Source: Chiloscyllium plagiosum (Eukaryota). From it: a stretch of DNA of 57,960 bases. This document shows positions 36,905-48,454 of this stretch, piece by piece. The notes under the pieces are model-generated. The model worked only from the letters and a program-made list of their open reading frames with translations. It made no database searches and was not told the DNA's origin. Where the stretch lies: NCBI RefSeq assembly GCF_004010195.1, contig NC_057720.1, positions 8,813,294-8,871,253 of the forward strand, given 5' to 3'. How positions within the stretch are numbered: the stretch's first letter is position 1; every line of letters begins with the position of its first letter. Made by a program: the position numbers and the translations under genes.

Positions 36905-37676
36905 TTCTGTAGAGTAGTGATAAACGGCTCCATTTCGGAATGGCAGGCAGTGACCAGTGGGGTACCGCAGGGAAAGCATGCATGTACAGCAGGTAGTGAA
37001 GAAGGCTAATAGCATGCTGTCCTTTATAACAAGAGGGATTGAGTACAGAAGCAAAGAGGTTCTTCTGCAGCTGTACAGAGCCCTGGTGAGGCCACACCTG
37101 GAGTATTGCGTGCAGTTCTGGTCTCCAAATTTGAGGAAAGACATTCTGGCTATTGAGGGAGTGCAGCGTAGGTTGTCGAGGTCAATTCCTGGAATGGCGG
37201 GACTACCTTACGCTGAAACACTGGAGCGACTGGGCTTGTATACCCTTGAGTTTAGAAGACTGAGAGGGGATCTGATTGAGACATATAAGATTATTAAAGG
37301 ATTGGACACTCTGGAGGCAGGAAATATGTTTCCGCTGATGGGTGAGTGCCGAACCAGAGGACACAGCTTAAAAATACGGGGTAGACCATTTAGGACAGAG
37401 ATGAGGAGAAACTTCTTCACCCAGAGAGTGGTGGCTGTGTGGCATGTTCTGCCCTAGAGGGCAGTGGAGGCCCAGTCTCTGGATTCATTTAAGAAAGAGT
37501 TGGATAGAGCTCTCAAGGATAGTGGAATCATGGGTTAAGGAGGTAAGGCAGGAACAGGATACTGATTAAGGACGATCAGCCATGATCATATTGAATGGTG
37601 GGATCATATTGAATGGGGGTGCAGGCTCAAAGGGCAGAATGGCCTACTCCTGCACCTATTGTCTATTGTCTATTGT
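36905..37676 (+). mobile_element. Young CR1 LINE 3' part with internal deletion
   Basis: ORF 36957-37457 [65 protein letters not shown]; (CTATTGT)n tail. Confidence 0.93.
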
Positions 37677-38450
37677 TTTAGATAGGCTTTGTAATTTGTG
37701 TCTTTATAATCAGAAATTCCATTCCTAATATTTTCTCAGTGTTGGCAGCTCTGGGTGTTAATGGGATGTTCTTGAGTCAGAATTCACAGCGGGTGAATAT
37801 TTCCTTGCATAAATTTCAGATATATCAAGTTGACAGCACAGAGATGCTATTGTTGCTTCAAAATGCAGTATTTTGAATCTGCAGTAGATTTATCATGTGT
37901 TATATGGCCATGCTGGAGAATGCTTGCAATTATAATTAATAAATATACTGCTTTAAATACAAAACCCAAAGCAACACATGTCACATTAAAGAAGGACATT
38001 AATGGCTATCCAAATTAATTTCAGCTCAGAGCTGGAACTGGCTGTGAGACCAACAGATTAGCAACCAATAATTTCAATTTCAAGCAGAATCAATGTTTCT
38101 AGATTCAATAGAGAGACCTCAGTGGATAGTCAGCTCGTTAACCATGGTGGAAATGAGATAAAAGAGTCAAATGTCACAGCGGGCAAGAAAGAACAAAAAG
38201 GCTTTTGTTTATAAAACTCTATCTCACTTCTTACAGAGATCATCTCAAAGAGTTTCAGAGGAGAATTATAAAATACCTACAGCAGGAATAGACCACTCAC
38301 TGATCTGCAGTGCTGGTGTTTGGGCTCCAAATAAGAGACAGAGGGAAGGGATACATTGATGAGAATGTTGAGGGTAAGTGGTGCTGATAGTGGATTAGAG
38401 GTGCTGGAAGAGCACAGCAGTTCAGGCAGCATCCAAGGAGCTTCGAAATC

Positions 38451-38477
38451 GACGTTTCGGGCAAAAGCCTTCATCAG
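38451..38477 (-). ncRNA. Minimal hammerhead ribozyme motif (family A)
   Basis: CTGATGA-A-GGC-TTTT-GCC-C-GAAA-CG-TC. Confidence 0.7.
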
Positions 38478-38616
38478 GAATAAAGGCAGTGAGCCTGGAG
38501 CGTGGAGAGATAAGCTAGAGGAGGGTGGGGTTGGGGAGAAAGTAGCATAGAGTACAATGGGTGAGTGGGGGAGGGGATGAAGGTGATAGGTCAGGGAGGA
38601 GAGGGTGGAGTGGATA

Positions 38617-38924
38617 NNNNNNNNNNNNNNNNNNNNNNNNNNNNNNNNNNNNNNNNNNNNNNNNNNNNNNNNNNNNNNNNNNNNNNNNNNNNNNNNNNNN
38701 NNNNNNNNNNNNNNNNNNNNNNNNNNNNNNNNNNNNNNNNNNNNNNNNNNNNNNNNNNNNNNNNNNNNNNNNNNNNNNNNNNNNNNNNNNNNNNNNNNNN
38801 NNNNNNNNNNNNNNNNNNNNNNNNNNNNNNNNNNNNNNNNNNNNNNNNNNNNNNNNNNNNNNNNNNNNNNNNNNNNNNNNNNNNNNNNNNNNNNNNNNNN
38901 NNNNNNNNNNNNNNNNNNNNNNNN
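38617..38924. other. Assembly gap (308 N) inside PLE-A
   Basis: Run of N. Confidence 1.
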
Positions 38925-39051
38925 GAGGTGAGGGAGGAGGTGTGGGCGCAGGTTTTGCAGTTCCTGCGGTGGCAGGGGAAAGCGCCAGGATGGGAGGGTG
39001 GGTTGTAGGGGGGCGTGGACCTGACCAGGTAGTCATGGAAGGAACGGTCTT

Positions 39052-39625
39052 TGGGTTTGGAAGATGTGTGAGGAACCTGTGGGAATTTCTGCAGCACGTC
39101 TTGTAGTGGTACACACTGCTGTGACTGAGCACCGGTGGTGGAGGGAGTAGATGTTTGTGGGTGTGGTGCCAATCAAGCGGGCTGCTTTGTCCTGGATGGT
39201 GTCAAGCTTCTTGAGTGTTGTTGGAGTTGCACCCATCCAGGCAAGTGGGGAGTATTCCATCACACTCCTGACTTGTGCCTTGTAGTTGGTGGACAGGCTT
39301 TGGGGAGTCAGAAGGGGAGTTATAGGCTGCAGTATTCCCAGCTTCCAACCTGCTGTAGTAGCCACTGTGTTTATATGGATCAGTGGTGCTGGAAGAGCAC
39401 AGCAATTGCTGTGCTCTTCCAGCACCACTGATCCAGAATCTGGTTTCCAGCATCTGCAGTCATTGTTTTTACCACTGTGTTTATATGGCTTGGCCCATTT
39501 TATTTCTGGTCAATGGTAACCCCGAGGATGCTAATAGTGAGAGATTCAGTGGTGGCAATGCCATCAAGTATAAAGGAGTGTTGTGATCAGATTTTGTCTT
39601 ATTAGAGATGATCATAGCCTGCCAT
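39052..39625 (-). mobile_element. Second non-LTR LINE family (CR1/L2 group), RT C-terminal fragment
   Basis: LSTNYKAQVRSVMEYSPLAWMGATPTTLKKLDTIQDKAARLIG. Confidence 0.85.
39379..39471. mobile_element. PLE family A minimal fold-back element forming a perfect 60-bp palindrome (39376-39435)
   Basis: 17-bp TSD CCACTGTGTTTATATGG at 39362-39378 and 39472-39488. Confidence 0.88.
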
Positions 39626-39639
39626 TGTTAATGCCCCCA

Positions 39640-40120
39640 CCTCCTGGTCTCTGACTCCCACCCTCCGACTCCATGTAGACATGGCGAGATGACCTCCCAG
39701 TCTGGTGTGGTGGATCCTCAGCCCGGCCCGGTGATCTCAGTGGCCCAGCGTGCTGCCCTCTCGGCCTGGCATGGCCTCAGTGTGGATTTCTGGTCTCGAG
39801 GTGATTCCTCAAAGTGTGGGCCTACTGAGGCTAAGCATTTAAGAAAACTCTAATGTTTGAACTTTCGGCTTTATTTCTTTATTTTCTACTTAAAACTAAA
39901 AAGGTATACAATGTGTAACTTTAAACCTTATTCTGTATGTCTTACACTGTACTATAATGACTGCAAAGTTTAACTTTTAACTTTGTCCTTTCTTTCTCTC
40001 TTGTTTGTATGGTCCTGTACCTCGGTACTTGCACCTAAGTTGGCACCTTGTGCGATGACAATACACACTTTTCACTGTACTCATGTACTTTTGTCTTTAA
40101 CAATAAAATCAAATCAAAGC
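39640..40120 (+). repeat. Unclassified interspersed repeat with a Rex1-like tail (related copies on minus at ~21065-21300 and ~51450-51860)
   Basis: Shared ACCTAAG(A/T)TGG..CTTTTCACTGTACT..AATAAA motifs. Confidence 0.45.
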
Positions 40121-40344
40121 AAATATTACTTGTGATTTTTCAGTTCAGGCATGGGTACTGTCCAGGTCTTGCTAGTTCTGAGCGTGGTAGATCATCCCAG
40201 ACTCTAATGATTTGCTGTGTGAATAGATTTTCCTCATCTCTTATTTGATGCTGCTTTCAAAACACTTGAGAACTATGCCCTCTGGTTCTAGATCCAGTTA
40301 TGAGCTAGAGATGTTTCTCCCTATTTATATGCATTGATCCTGGC

Positions 40345-41455
40345 ATGGTGAGTGCAGAGAGCATTCAATAAACATACAGTGTTAGTGGCTTTATTAATGA
40401 GGGCATAGGGTTCAAGAGCAAAGAGGTGGTGTTGAACCTGTACAAGACACTTGTTCAAATTCAGTTGGAGTATCACATTCAGTTTCGTGAGTCTCCTTAT
40501 AGGAAAGGTGAAAATTCATTGGAGGGAGGGCAAAAGCAACTAACAAGAATGGTGACAGAAATGAGATCCTTCAGCAGTGAAGATAGATTCAAACAGGTGT
40601 GAGTGGGCAGGCTGGAGTGAGTGGGTAAGGAGAAGCTCTTCCTGCTCGTTAAAGGAGCAAGAACAAGAGGGTACAGATTTAAAGAGATGTGTAAAACAAG
40701 CACGGGTGACATGAGGTCAACCTCTTTTTTTATCAGTGAGTAGCTCCAGGTATGTACTGCCTGGAAATTTGGTGGCAATAGGTCATCAGAGGCATTCAAG
40801 AGGGCGATTGATGATTATTTGGATAGAAGGCATTTGATTTGCTTACCTTTATTGGTCAGTGCATTGAGTATAGGAGGTGGGAGGTCATGTAGTGACTGTA
40901 CAGGACATTGGCCAGGCCATTTTTGGAATATTGTGTGCAATTTTAGTCTCCCTGCTGTAGGAAGAATGTTGTAAAACCTGAAAAGGTTCAGAAAAGATTT
41001 ACAAGGATGTTGCCAGGGTTGAAGGGTTTGAGCTATAGGGAGAGGCTGAATCGGCTGGGGCTGTTTTCCCTGGAGCATCAGGGGCTCAGGGGTGGGCCTT
41101 ATAGAGGTTTATAAAATCATGAGGGCCATGTATAGGGTGAAAAGGCAAGGACTTTTCTCCAGGGAAGGTGGAGTCCATAGCTAGAGTGTTTAGGGTGACA
41201 GTGAAAAGATTTAAAAGAGACCTAAGGAGCAACTTTTCAGGCAGAGAGTGGTGTGAGTATGGAATGAGCTGCCAAAGGAAGTGATGGAGGCTGGTACAAT
41301 TAGAATAATTAAAAGACATCTGAATGGGAATGTGAATAGGAAGGATTCAGAGGGATATGGGCCAAATGCTGAGAAATGGGACTAGATTAACTTAGGATAT
41401 TTGGTCGGCATGGACCGAAGGGTCTGTTTCCGTGCTGTACATCTTTATGACTGGT
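40345..41455 (+). mobile_element. Two consecutive CR1 LINE 3' fragments
   Basis: LYKTLVQIQLEY and LARPFLEYCVQF segments, each followed by a CR1 tail. Confidence 0.82.
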
Positions 41456-41887
41456 ATGACAGGGTGGTATGTCACTTCTTAGATCATTTGCTGTTTGAAG
41501 TAAATTCCAAAATGAGCTATTGGCGTTCCCAAATGTAAATCACAGAACTTTTATGATGCAAAAGGAGGCCATTTAATTCCATCGTGCCTGCTCCAGCTCA
41601 TTAATGAGTATCATTACCTACTGACAATCTCCTGCCTTTTCACCAATAACTTGCACACTATTTAGAATCATAGAATTATAGAGATTGCGTGTTGACCCTC
41701 TCCATGCCTCTCATGATTTTATAACCCCCTTAGCTTCCAACAGTCCAGGGAAAACAGCCACAGCCTATTCAGCCTCTCCCTGTAGCTCAAAGTCTTCAAC
41801 CCTAGCAACATCCTTGTAAATCTTTTCTCCACCCTTCCCAGTTCAACAACATCTTTCCTATTGTAGAGAGACCAGAATTGAACACAG

Positions 41888-41972
41888 TTGGAAATCACAA
41901 GATACCAGTTATGGTCCAATAGGTTTATTTAAGATCACGAGCAATTGGAGTGCAGCTCCTTCATCAGGTGAG
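41888..41972 (-). mobile_element. PLE family B terminal repeat with degenerate HHR
   Basis: Minus strand CACCTGATGAAGGAGCTGCACTCCAATTGCTCGTG..AATAAACCTATTGGAC. Confidence 0.7.
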
Positions 41973-42814
41973 GTCTACATGATATGAAGATCTTTTTTCA
42001 ACAAATCATTCCAGTGGGAAAGTGTTTCCTGAATGTTTCCCACTTTGACTCTATTTTGAGAGTTTAGAATTGTGCAAATCTAATTGAGAATTATGAAGAG
42101 GAGAGAGTGATGTTGAGGGAGAGACCTGGTACAGTGATGGTGAGAGTGAGCCTGTCTATTGGAACAACACCAAACCTTTGCTCTGTGACCCCAATTTGAG
42201 CTCCTGTTTCCCTCTTTAGGAAGTCCTCCAGTTGAAGTATTTCTGTTATAAAGTTATGAATTGTACTGTGTGAACTCACATTTGAAAATAATGTCATTGG
42301 GAAAAGCTGGTCATTCTGGAAGAGAGAGACCTAGGGGTGCACCCACATCAATAAAAGGGTGGATAACTTATCATTGAAGGTGCATCACTACTTCAGGATG
42401 AATGGTCTTCTTTTGTCACTATGTTCCTTGCTAGAGTTTACTTCCTCAACATGTCTGTATATATTATTTTACACTGTAAATTGGGTCTCAAGAGGAAAGT
42501 AACCTGCAAGGGGAAAGCACTTCAGTTCAAACATTAAAAATTTATTTTCCATTATAGTCAATGATTACAGCTTTGTGTGGATTAATGATGAAGTTCAGAG
42601 GCATCTCTGTTTGCTCATTGTGCCCATTCAACAGGAACCATCCTCCATAACTTGAAAGTCAAATAGCATTGTAGACATTTGCCAGGTTGCGATGATATTC
42701 AAGTCAACTCTAGTTTTTTGTTGTCATTTGTTTGTATTGTTTAGTGTGCTTCAGTCAAACTCATTACCAGGAGCTTAAGAGAGGCCAATGTGCCAATAAC
42801 TTTCTCTAATAACC

Positions 42815-43260
42815 GTCAAGAAACTTAACACCATCTGAAACAAAGCAGCCCACTTGACTGGCACCACATCCACAAGCATCCATTCCCTCCACCACCACTT
42901 CTCAGTAGCAGCAGTGTGTACCATTTACAAGGTGCACTGCAGAAATTCACAAAAGATCATCAGACAGCAGCTTCCAAACCCATGAATGCTCCTGTCTCGA
43001 AGGACAAGGGCAGAAGACACATGGGAACACCACCTTCAAGTTCCCCTCCAAATCATTCACCATCCTGACTTGGAAATATGTCGTTTTCCTTCAGTGTCAC
43101 TGGGTGAAAACCCTGAAATTTGCTCTCTAATAGCAAAGTGGGTCAACCCACTACAGTAGTTTAAGGAGCTTACCAGCACCTTCTCATGGGCAACTAGGGA
43201 TGGGTAATGAATGATGGCTTACCCAGTGATGCTCACCTCCCACAAATGAATGAAAGAAAA
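42815..43260 (+). mobile_element. Second LINE family 3' end (probable partner of SINE family 2)
   Basis: KKLNTI*NKAAHLTG..SLHHH; 3' tail GGGCAACTAGGGATGGG..GAATGAAAGAAAA. Confidence 0.8.
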
Positions 43261-43982
43261 ACAGTATGCTAAGGCAGGCAAGACTGGAAAATGGCATGAC
43301 AATGGTTAGGTGGTTGCTTTTGATTGGTGCAGACAGCATAGGCTGAAGGGCCATTTCCAAGTTGTAGACCTCTATGACTCTGTGTTCTCAGTACAATGCA
43401 AGCTCTGACCGAACAAAATGTAGTTATAAACTGGAGCAGCAGTCACTTCAAGTGACAACACCTTGTCCTCGGGAATGATTAATGCATAACTAGCCTGGTG
43501 GAGTGGAGCAGTTCAAGAAGGCACCTCACCACCATTTTCTCAAGTGCATCAAAGGACAGGCTATAAATATTGGCTCAGCCAGCAACGTCCCCATCCTGTG
43601 AGTGAATAAAAAAACGCAAAAAACATTTGAAGGACTTACTCTCTAACAATGGCTTTTTAACACAACCTCTGCTTAAGGTGCAGGTCAAGAAACTACAATA
43701 TAACATCCACAACTAAACTTGACAAAATCATTTTGCACAACTACATTTCTGTTCAGTTTAATTCCATTGAACCAGTTACAGCTGAATGGAAGCTGTGCAA
43801 ATTCCAGGCTGTAAAAATTCTATGATTCTATTAACCTCTAAGAAGATGTCAAATGCATTGGTTGGCATCATCATTGCCCTTTAAAGTTCTTTATTTTCCA
43901 CAGCTGTTTTGTAAAAAAGAAGTTTGCACGGCACATTGGAATCATAAATCCATGACAACACTAATGACATACTCAGTTATAA

Positions 43983-44325
43983 GGTAAAAACAATGACTGC
44001 AGATGCTGGAAACCAGATTCTGGATTAGTGGTGCTAGAAGAACACAGCAGTTCAGGCAGCATCTGATGGTGGAGGGAATGGATGCTTGTGGATGTGGTGC
44101 CAGTCAAGTGGGCTGCTTTGTTTCAGATGGTGTTAAGTTTCTTGACGGTTATTAGAGAAAGTTATTGGCACATTGGCCTCTCTTAAGCTCCTGGTAATGA
44201 GTTTGACTGAAGCACACTAAACAATCAGTTCAGGAGTGATGAAGGGCTTTTGCCCGAAAGGTCGATTTTACTGCTCCTCAGATGCTGCCTGAACTGCTGT
44301 GCTCTTCCAGCACCACTAATCCAGA
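43983..44325. mobile_element. PLE family A fold-back element carrying a captured 159-bp local genomic segment
   Basis: Left arm 43983-44066 (-), insert 44067-44225, right arm with HHR-like core (+); TSD ATA(C/T)TCAGTTATAA at 43969-43982 and 44326-44339. Confidence 0.9.
44067..44225 (-). repeat. Exact inverted duplicate of 42736-42894
   Basis: Base-by-base reverse-complement identity over 159 bp. Confidence 0.92.
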
Positions 44326-46029
44326 ATATTCAGTTATAACCTCGCTGTATGTATGACAAGTGTAAGTTGCATTATAAACATTCAACAGTCTGGGTCACTC
44401 AGTAAAATAATGTAGAATATTCAACCACGTCTTAGACTTCAGCAGAAAATGAAGCAAAGCCTTGGGATCTAATGAGCTGCCATTCTACTTTGGCTTGCTT
44501 TCGATTTGCAGTGTGGTATTTCTGAGATTTTACTGCTCCATGTAGCTTGGATAAAGGGGAAACAAAGCTTCTGCTGTTGTGCTAAGAAAAGGCATCGCAT
44601 TGTTTCCATTCACTGAGCCCGGCATTAAAAAAAACAGCAGAAAAGAAGCAGGATTTGGCTTTTTAATTGGTGCTTACAGTATCAGATCAACTCAGGTAAC
44701 CTAACACTCCAATTACATACATTCTCTGTCCGTGGAACAATGAATGAGCAGGACATATGGAGCAGAGCCAAGACCCTGACCTAACTCACAGCCAGAGAAT
44801 GGAGTGAGACAAGTAGCTGTTCCACAATCAAGGCGTTCCATCATTTTCCTTATCACAAACTCAGGAATTCTTGCCCAGCCATTGAAACAATTACGTGGCA
44901 CCATTTGATAACCCATCAATTTCCGGAAAAAAAGCTGTCAGAAATGCTTTCGAACAATTTAATTTTGAATCACGTAAGAGTTTTGGGATCGGGGGGATTT
45001 GCTGCTGATGGTGCAATGGGTCATCAGTTTTACCCCCGATCAATTCAGAAATAACTGATAACATCCTAAACATCGGGATATGGAATTGATTCTCATTCCC
45101 CTTCGATTAGAGAGTGGGAAAAAATATCAGACATGTTTGACTGCTTCTGGTCAGTGTTGAGAAAGTGCTATTTCTGCCATTGTCAAAATAGGACTCAAGG
45201 GGAGAAGAATTGAAGTTGTCAATCAAACAGTCACAATGAAATAGTTTTGCCAGCCTATTAGGACTCACCCATAAGATTTTGCAGGGCATATAGAGTACAT
45301 AAATGTCAAATCATGTGCAAGCGAGAGTAAACAGATCCATAGGCAGAAATTGCCAGGAAATAAAATGATTCGAGGTGTCCAGCAAAGAAAAATTAAAACT
45401 CAAAACTGAGAAACAAAGAAAGAAAGGCTGCATTTATATACCAACTTTCGTGACCTCAGGATGTTGTACAAGCGATGAAGCACTTCTGAAGTGCACTTAC
45501 TGATGTAATGTTGCTAATGAGAATGCCAGAGTGAAATTTAATATGGTGAACTGGGTGACAGGGATCATTCAATCATGAAAGTACCACATGGGTTCCTCAC
45601 CATTTTTCACCTCTGGACTGATTTGATTTGATTCGCTTTGTGTTTGGACTTCCCACCCTGTTGCTAATTGAAAGTCCTTCAGTGAGCCGTGAATGGTGTG
45701 GTACAGAGCCCAGCTGGTAGGCTAGGGAGAATATGCCATACTGAAAGACAGAAGATTGGAAAGCAGACCCTGCTGCCCGTGCGTCTCTCGGGGCACAGGG
45801 GGTAAAGGATGAGGGATCCATCATTCAAAGACACTCAATGACTGATCGATGAACCTGGAGGGTGATACTCACTCTCATAGAATCATAGAATCCCTGCAAT
45901 GTGGAAACAGGCCATTTGATCCAACAAGTCCACACTGACCCTCCACCCATGCCCATTTCCTTACCGTATTGCTCTACATTTCCTCTGACTAATGCAGTCG
46001 TGTTCAGCCACCCACCTGTTCTTGCCAGT

Positions 46030-46680
46030 GACATAGGAAGATAGAATCAGGAGTAGGACATTCGGCCCTACATACCTGCTCCATCATTCAATATGGCCAA
46101 TGCTGATCATCTATCCTTGTTCCACTTTTTCCCCTTACCCTTTGGTTCTTTTAGTCTTGGGAACTATATCTAATTCCTCTTGAAAACATTCAATATTGGG
46201 GCCTCAACTGTTTTCTGTGGCTCACCAGTCTCTGGGTGAAGACATTTCTCCTTATCTCACTGCTAAATGGTCTACCCTATATCTTTAGACTGTGACCCAT
46301 GGTTTCTGGCTCCTCAATCTATGGGGGCATCCTTGCTGCATTTACCCTGTCTAGTTCTGTTAGAATTTTATAGATTTTGATGTGATCTCCCCTCATTCTT
46401 CTAAACTCCAGTGAATATAGTCTTAACATCTCCAATCTCTCTTTATATGTTCATCCCTGCCATCCCAGGAATCAACCTGGTAAACTGCTGCTGCACTCCC
46501 TTGAGAGCAAGAACATCCTTCCTCAGATAAGGAGACTAAAACCACACACAATATTCCAGGCGTATCCTTACAGAGGGCCTGTATAGTTGCAGCAAGACAT
46601 CCCTGCACCTATACTCACATCCTCTCATTATGAAGGCCAACATACCATTTACCATCTTCACTATCTGCTGCACACACATG
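46030..46680 (-). mobile_element. CR1 LINE 3' part
   Basis: Minus strand DVLLQLYRPSVRIRLEYCVWF and CR1 tail. Confidence 0.82.
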
Positions 46681-47019
46681 GAACAACTTTCCTGTAACCC
46701 CTAAACCATGAGCCCCCTTACTGCCATTGCTCACCTGTGACCCAGGTCCTTTGGAAATCTTGCACATCAATCATGCATGGGAGGGGGGGAGATGGTGGCC
46801 TAGTGGTATTCTTGTTTGTCTATAAATCCAAAGACCCAGTGAATGTTCTTGGAAGATGTATTCAAAGCTCCACCATGGCAGGCGTTAGAATTTCAATTCA
46901 ATCATAATTGGAGGCCATGGCTGGTTGGTCTAAGGGTATGATTTTTTCTGAAGGGCTTGTACATTGTAGACATGCAAGAGGTCCCAGGTTCAAATGCTGG
47001 ACAAGATGGTCTTCAGTTT

Positions 47020-47310
47020 CGGGGTGGCACAGTGGCTAAGAGGTCAACACTGCTGCCCCAGAGTGCCAAGGGCCGAGGTTCACTTCCACACTCGGGCGAC
47101 TGTCTGTATGGAGTTTGTACACTCTCCCGTGTCCGTGTTGGTTTCCTCCAGGTGCTCCAGTTTCCTCCCATGGTCCAAAGGTGTGCAAGTTAGCTATGGG
47201 AAATGTAGAGTTACAGGGATAGGGTAGGAGGTGTGTCTGAGTGGGATGCTCTTTGGAGGGTTGGTGTGGAATTGATCGGCTGAAGGACCTGTCTTCATAC
47301 CATAGGGATG
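47020..47310 (+). mobile_element. HE1-type SINE, older
   Basis: Head TGGCACAGTGG, V-domain, tail. Confidence 0.78.
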
Positions 47311-47381
47311 CTCTGATTGTAAAATGTGTAACTAAGAATTTAATAATGACCACTGTCATCAAAAACCCTGCTTCACTGATA

Positions 47382-47505
47382 GCTACCTGATGAAGGAGCA
47401 GAGCTTTGAAAACTAGTGCTTCCAAATAAACCTGTTGGACTATAACCCGGTGTTATGTGATTTTTAATCTTTAACCACCCCAGACCAACACTAGCACCTC
47501 CACAA
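47382..47505 (+). mobile_element. PLE family B terminal repeat with HHR motif
   Basis: ACCTGATGAAGGAGCAGAGCTTTGAAAACTAGTGCTTCCAAATAAACCTGTTGGACTATAACC. Confidence 0.8.
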
Positions 47506-48454
47506 AATGAAAATTTATTATCTTCAACTACCCCATAATCAGGAGGGTGCAACTGAATAACATGGTTTTACTGAAGAAACAAAGGTATACTGGCCTCTCT
47601 GACTGGTAAAGCATCTCTCTATTGGAGTTACTGCCACACTACCACCAACCTCAGACCTGGGGTCCTTGATCATGGAGAAGGTACCGATCCCTAGCTGCCC
47701 AGTTAAGTGACTGAACAGCTTTTGAGGCAGCAATGCTTTCAATAAAGAAACACAGGCACACTTCTCACTGACTGCCTAGGCAATGATCAAGACTCCCATC
47801 ACCTACATTCAAATATGGCCCCACCAAATTTCCTTGTAATAACCTCCCAGAAGCAAGAAGGAGAGAACAATTCAGTGTGCACGTGATATAGTTTGGGGAT
47901 TGATTTAGGACTTTTCCTGAGCTTAAAATTCTGTGTTTCATAAAGAACGCAAAGCTTTTCCTTTGCTGAAAGTGAACATCATTTGTTATGGACTGACAGC
48001 TGAAAAGAATTAACTTAGTAAAAGGCAATAAACAATAATAAAAAAAAGGCAATCTGAACCTGTTAGGAGAGGCAAGCATTGTTTAGAGTAATAGTTTAAT
48101 GATAAGAAGTGGGATATGCCCTGAAGGTACAGAAACACATGTGATAGTTTAAAATCAGGTTAGAACAATGGAGCTGAATTATTGTGGTACGTACATTATT
48201 GCATCACATTATTAATGTAAGCAAGCAGCAAGTGGAAGCTCCTATCTACAGTAATTCATATGATTCTTCCCCATTATTTGGTGCAAGGTTGGGTTTGGAA
48301 TTGACAGAAGTCAATGGTTCATGGCTCTGCTTGACTTTAGGTTGAGTCTCCAACTCATGCAGTCTGTTGGATATTATCTCATACAGATTCAGGAGTGAAA
48401 AATGAGTTGAAGGCACAACTCAGGCACTCGTCAGAAATCCTAGAATGCTCATAG

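Larger units (their letters stand above)
38380..39052 (-). mobile_element. PLE family A 5'-truncated copy
   Basis: Minus strand KDRSFHDYLVRSTPPYNPPSHPGAFPCHRRNCKTCAHTSSLT; terminal repeat with HHR. Confidence 0.9.

Noticed and set aside
36957..37457. 166-aa ORF as a host gene
   Set aside because: It is the CR1 ORF2 C-terminus
44974..45005. VRVLGSGGF as a kinase glycine-rich loop
   Set aside because: No following G-x-V or VAIK motif, and it lies just past a likely donor site; probably chance
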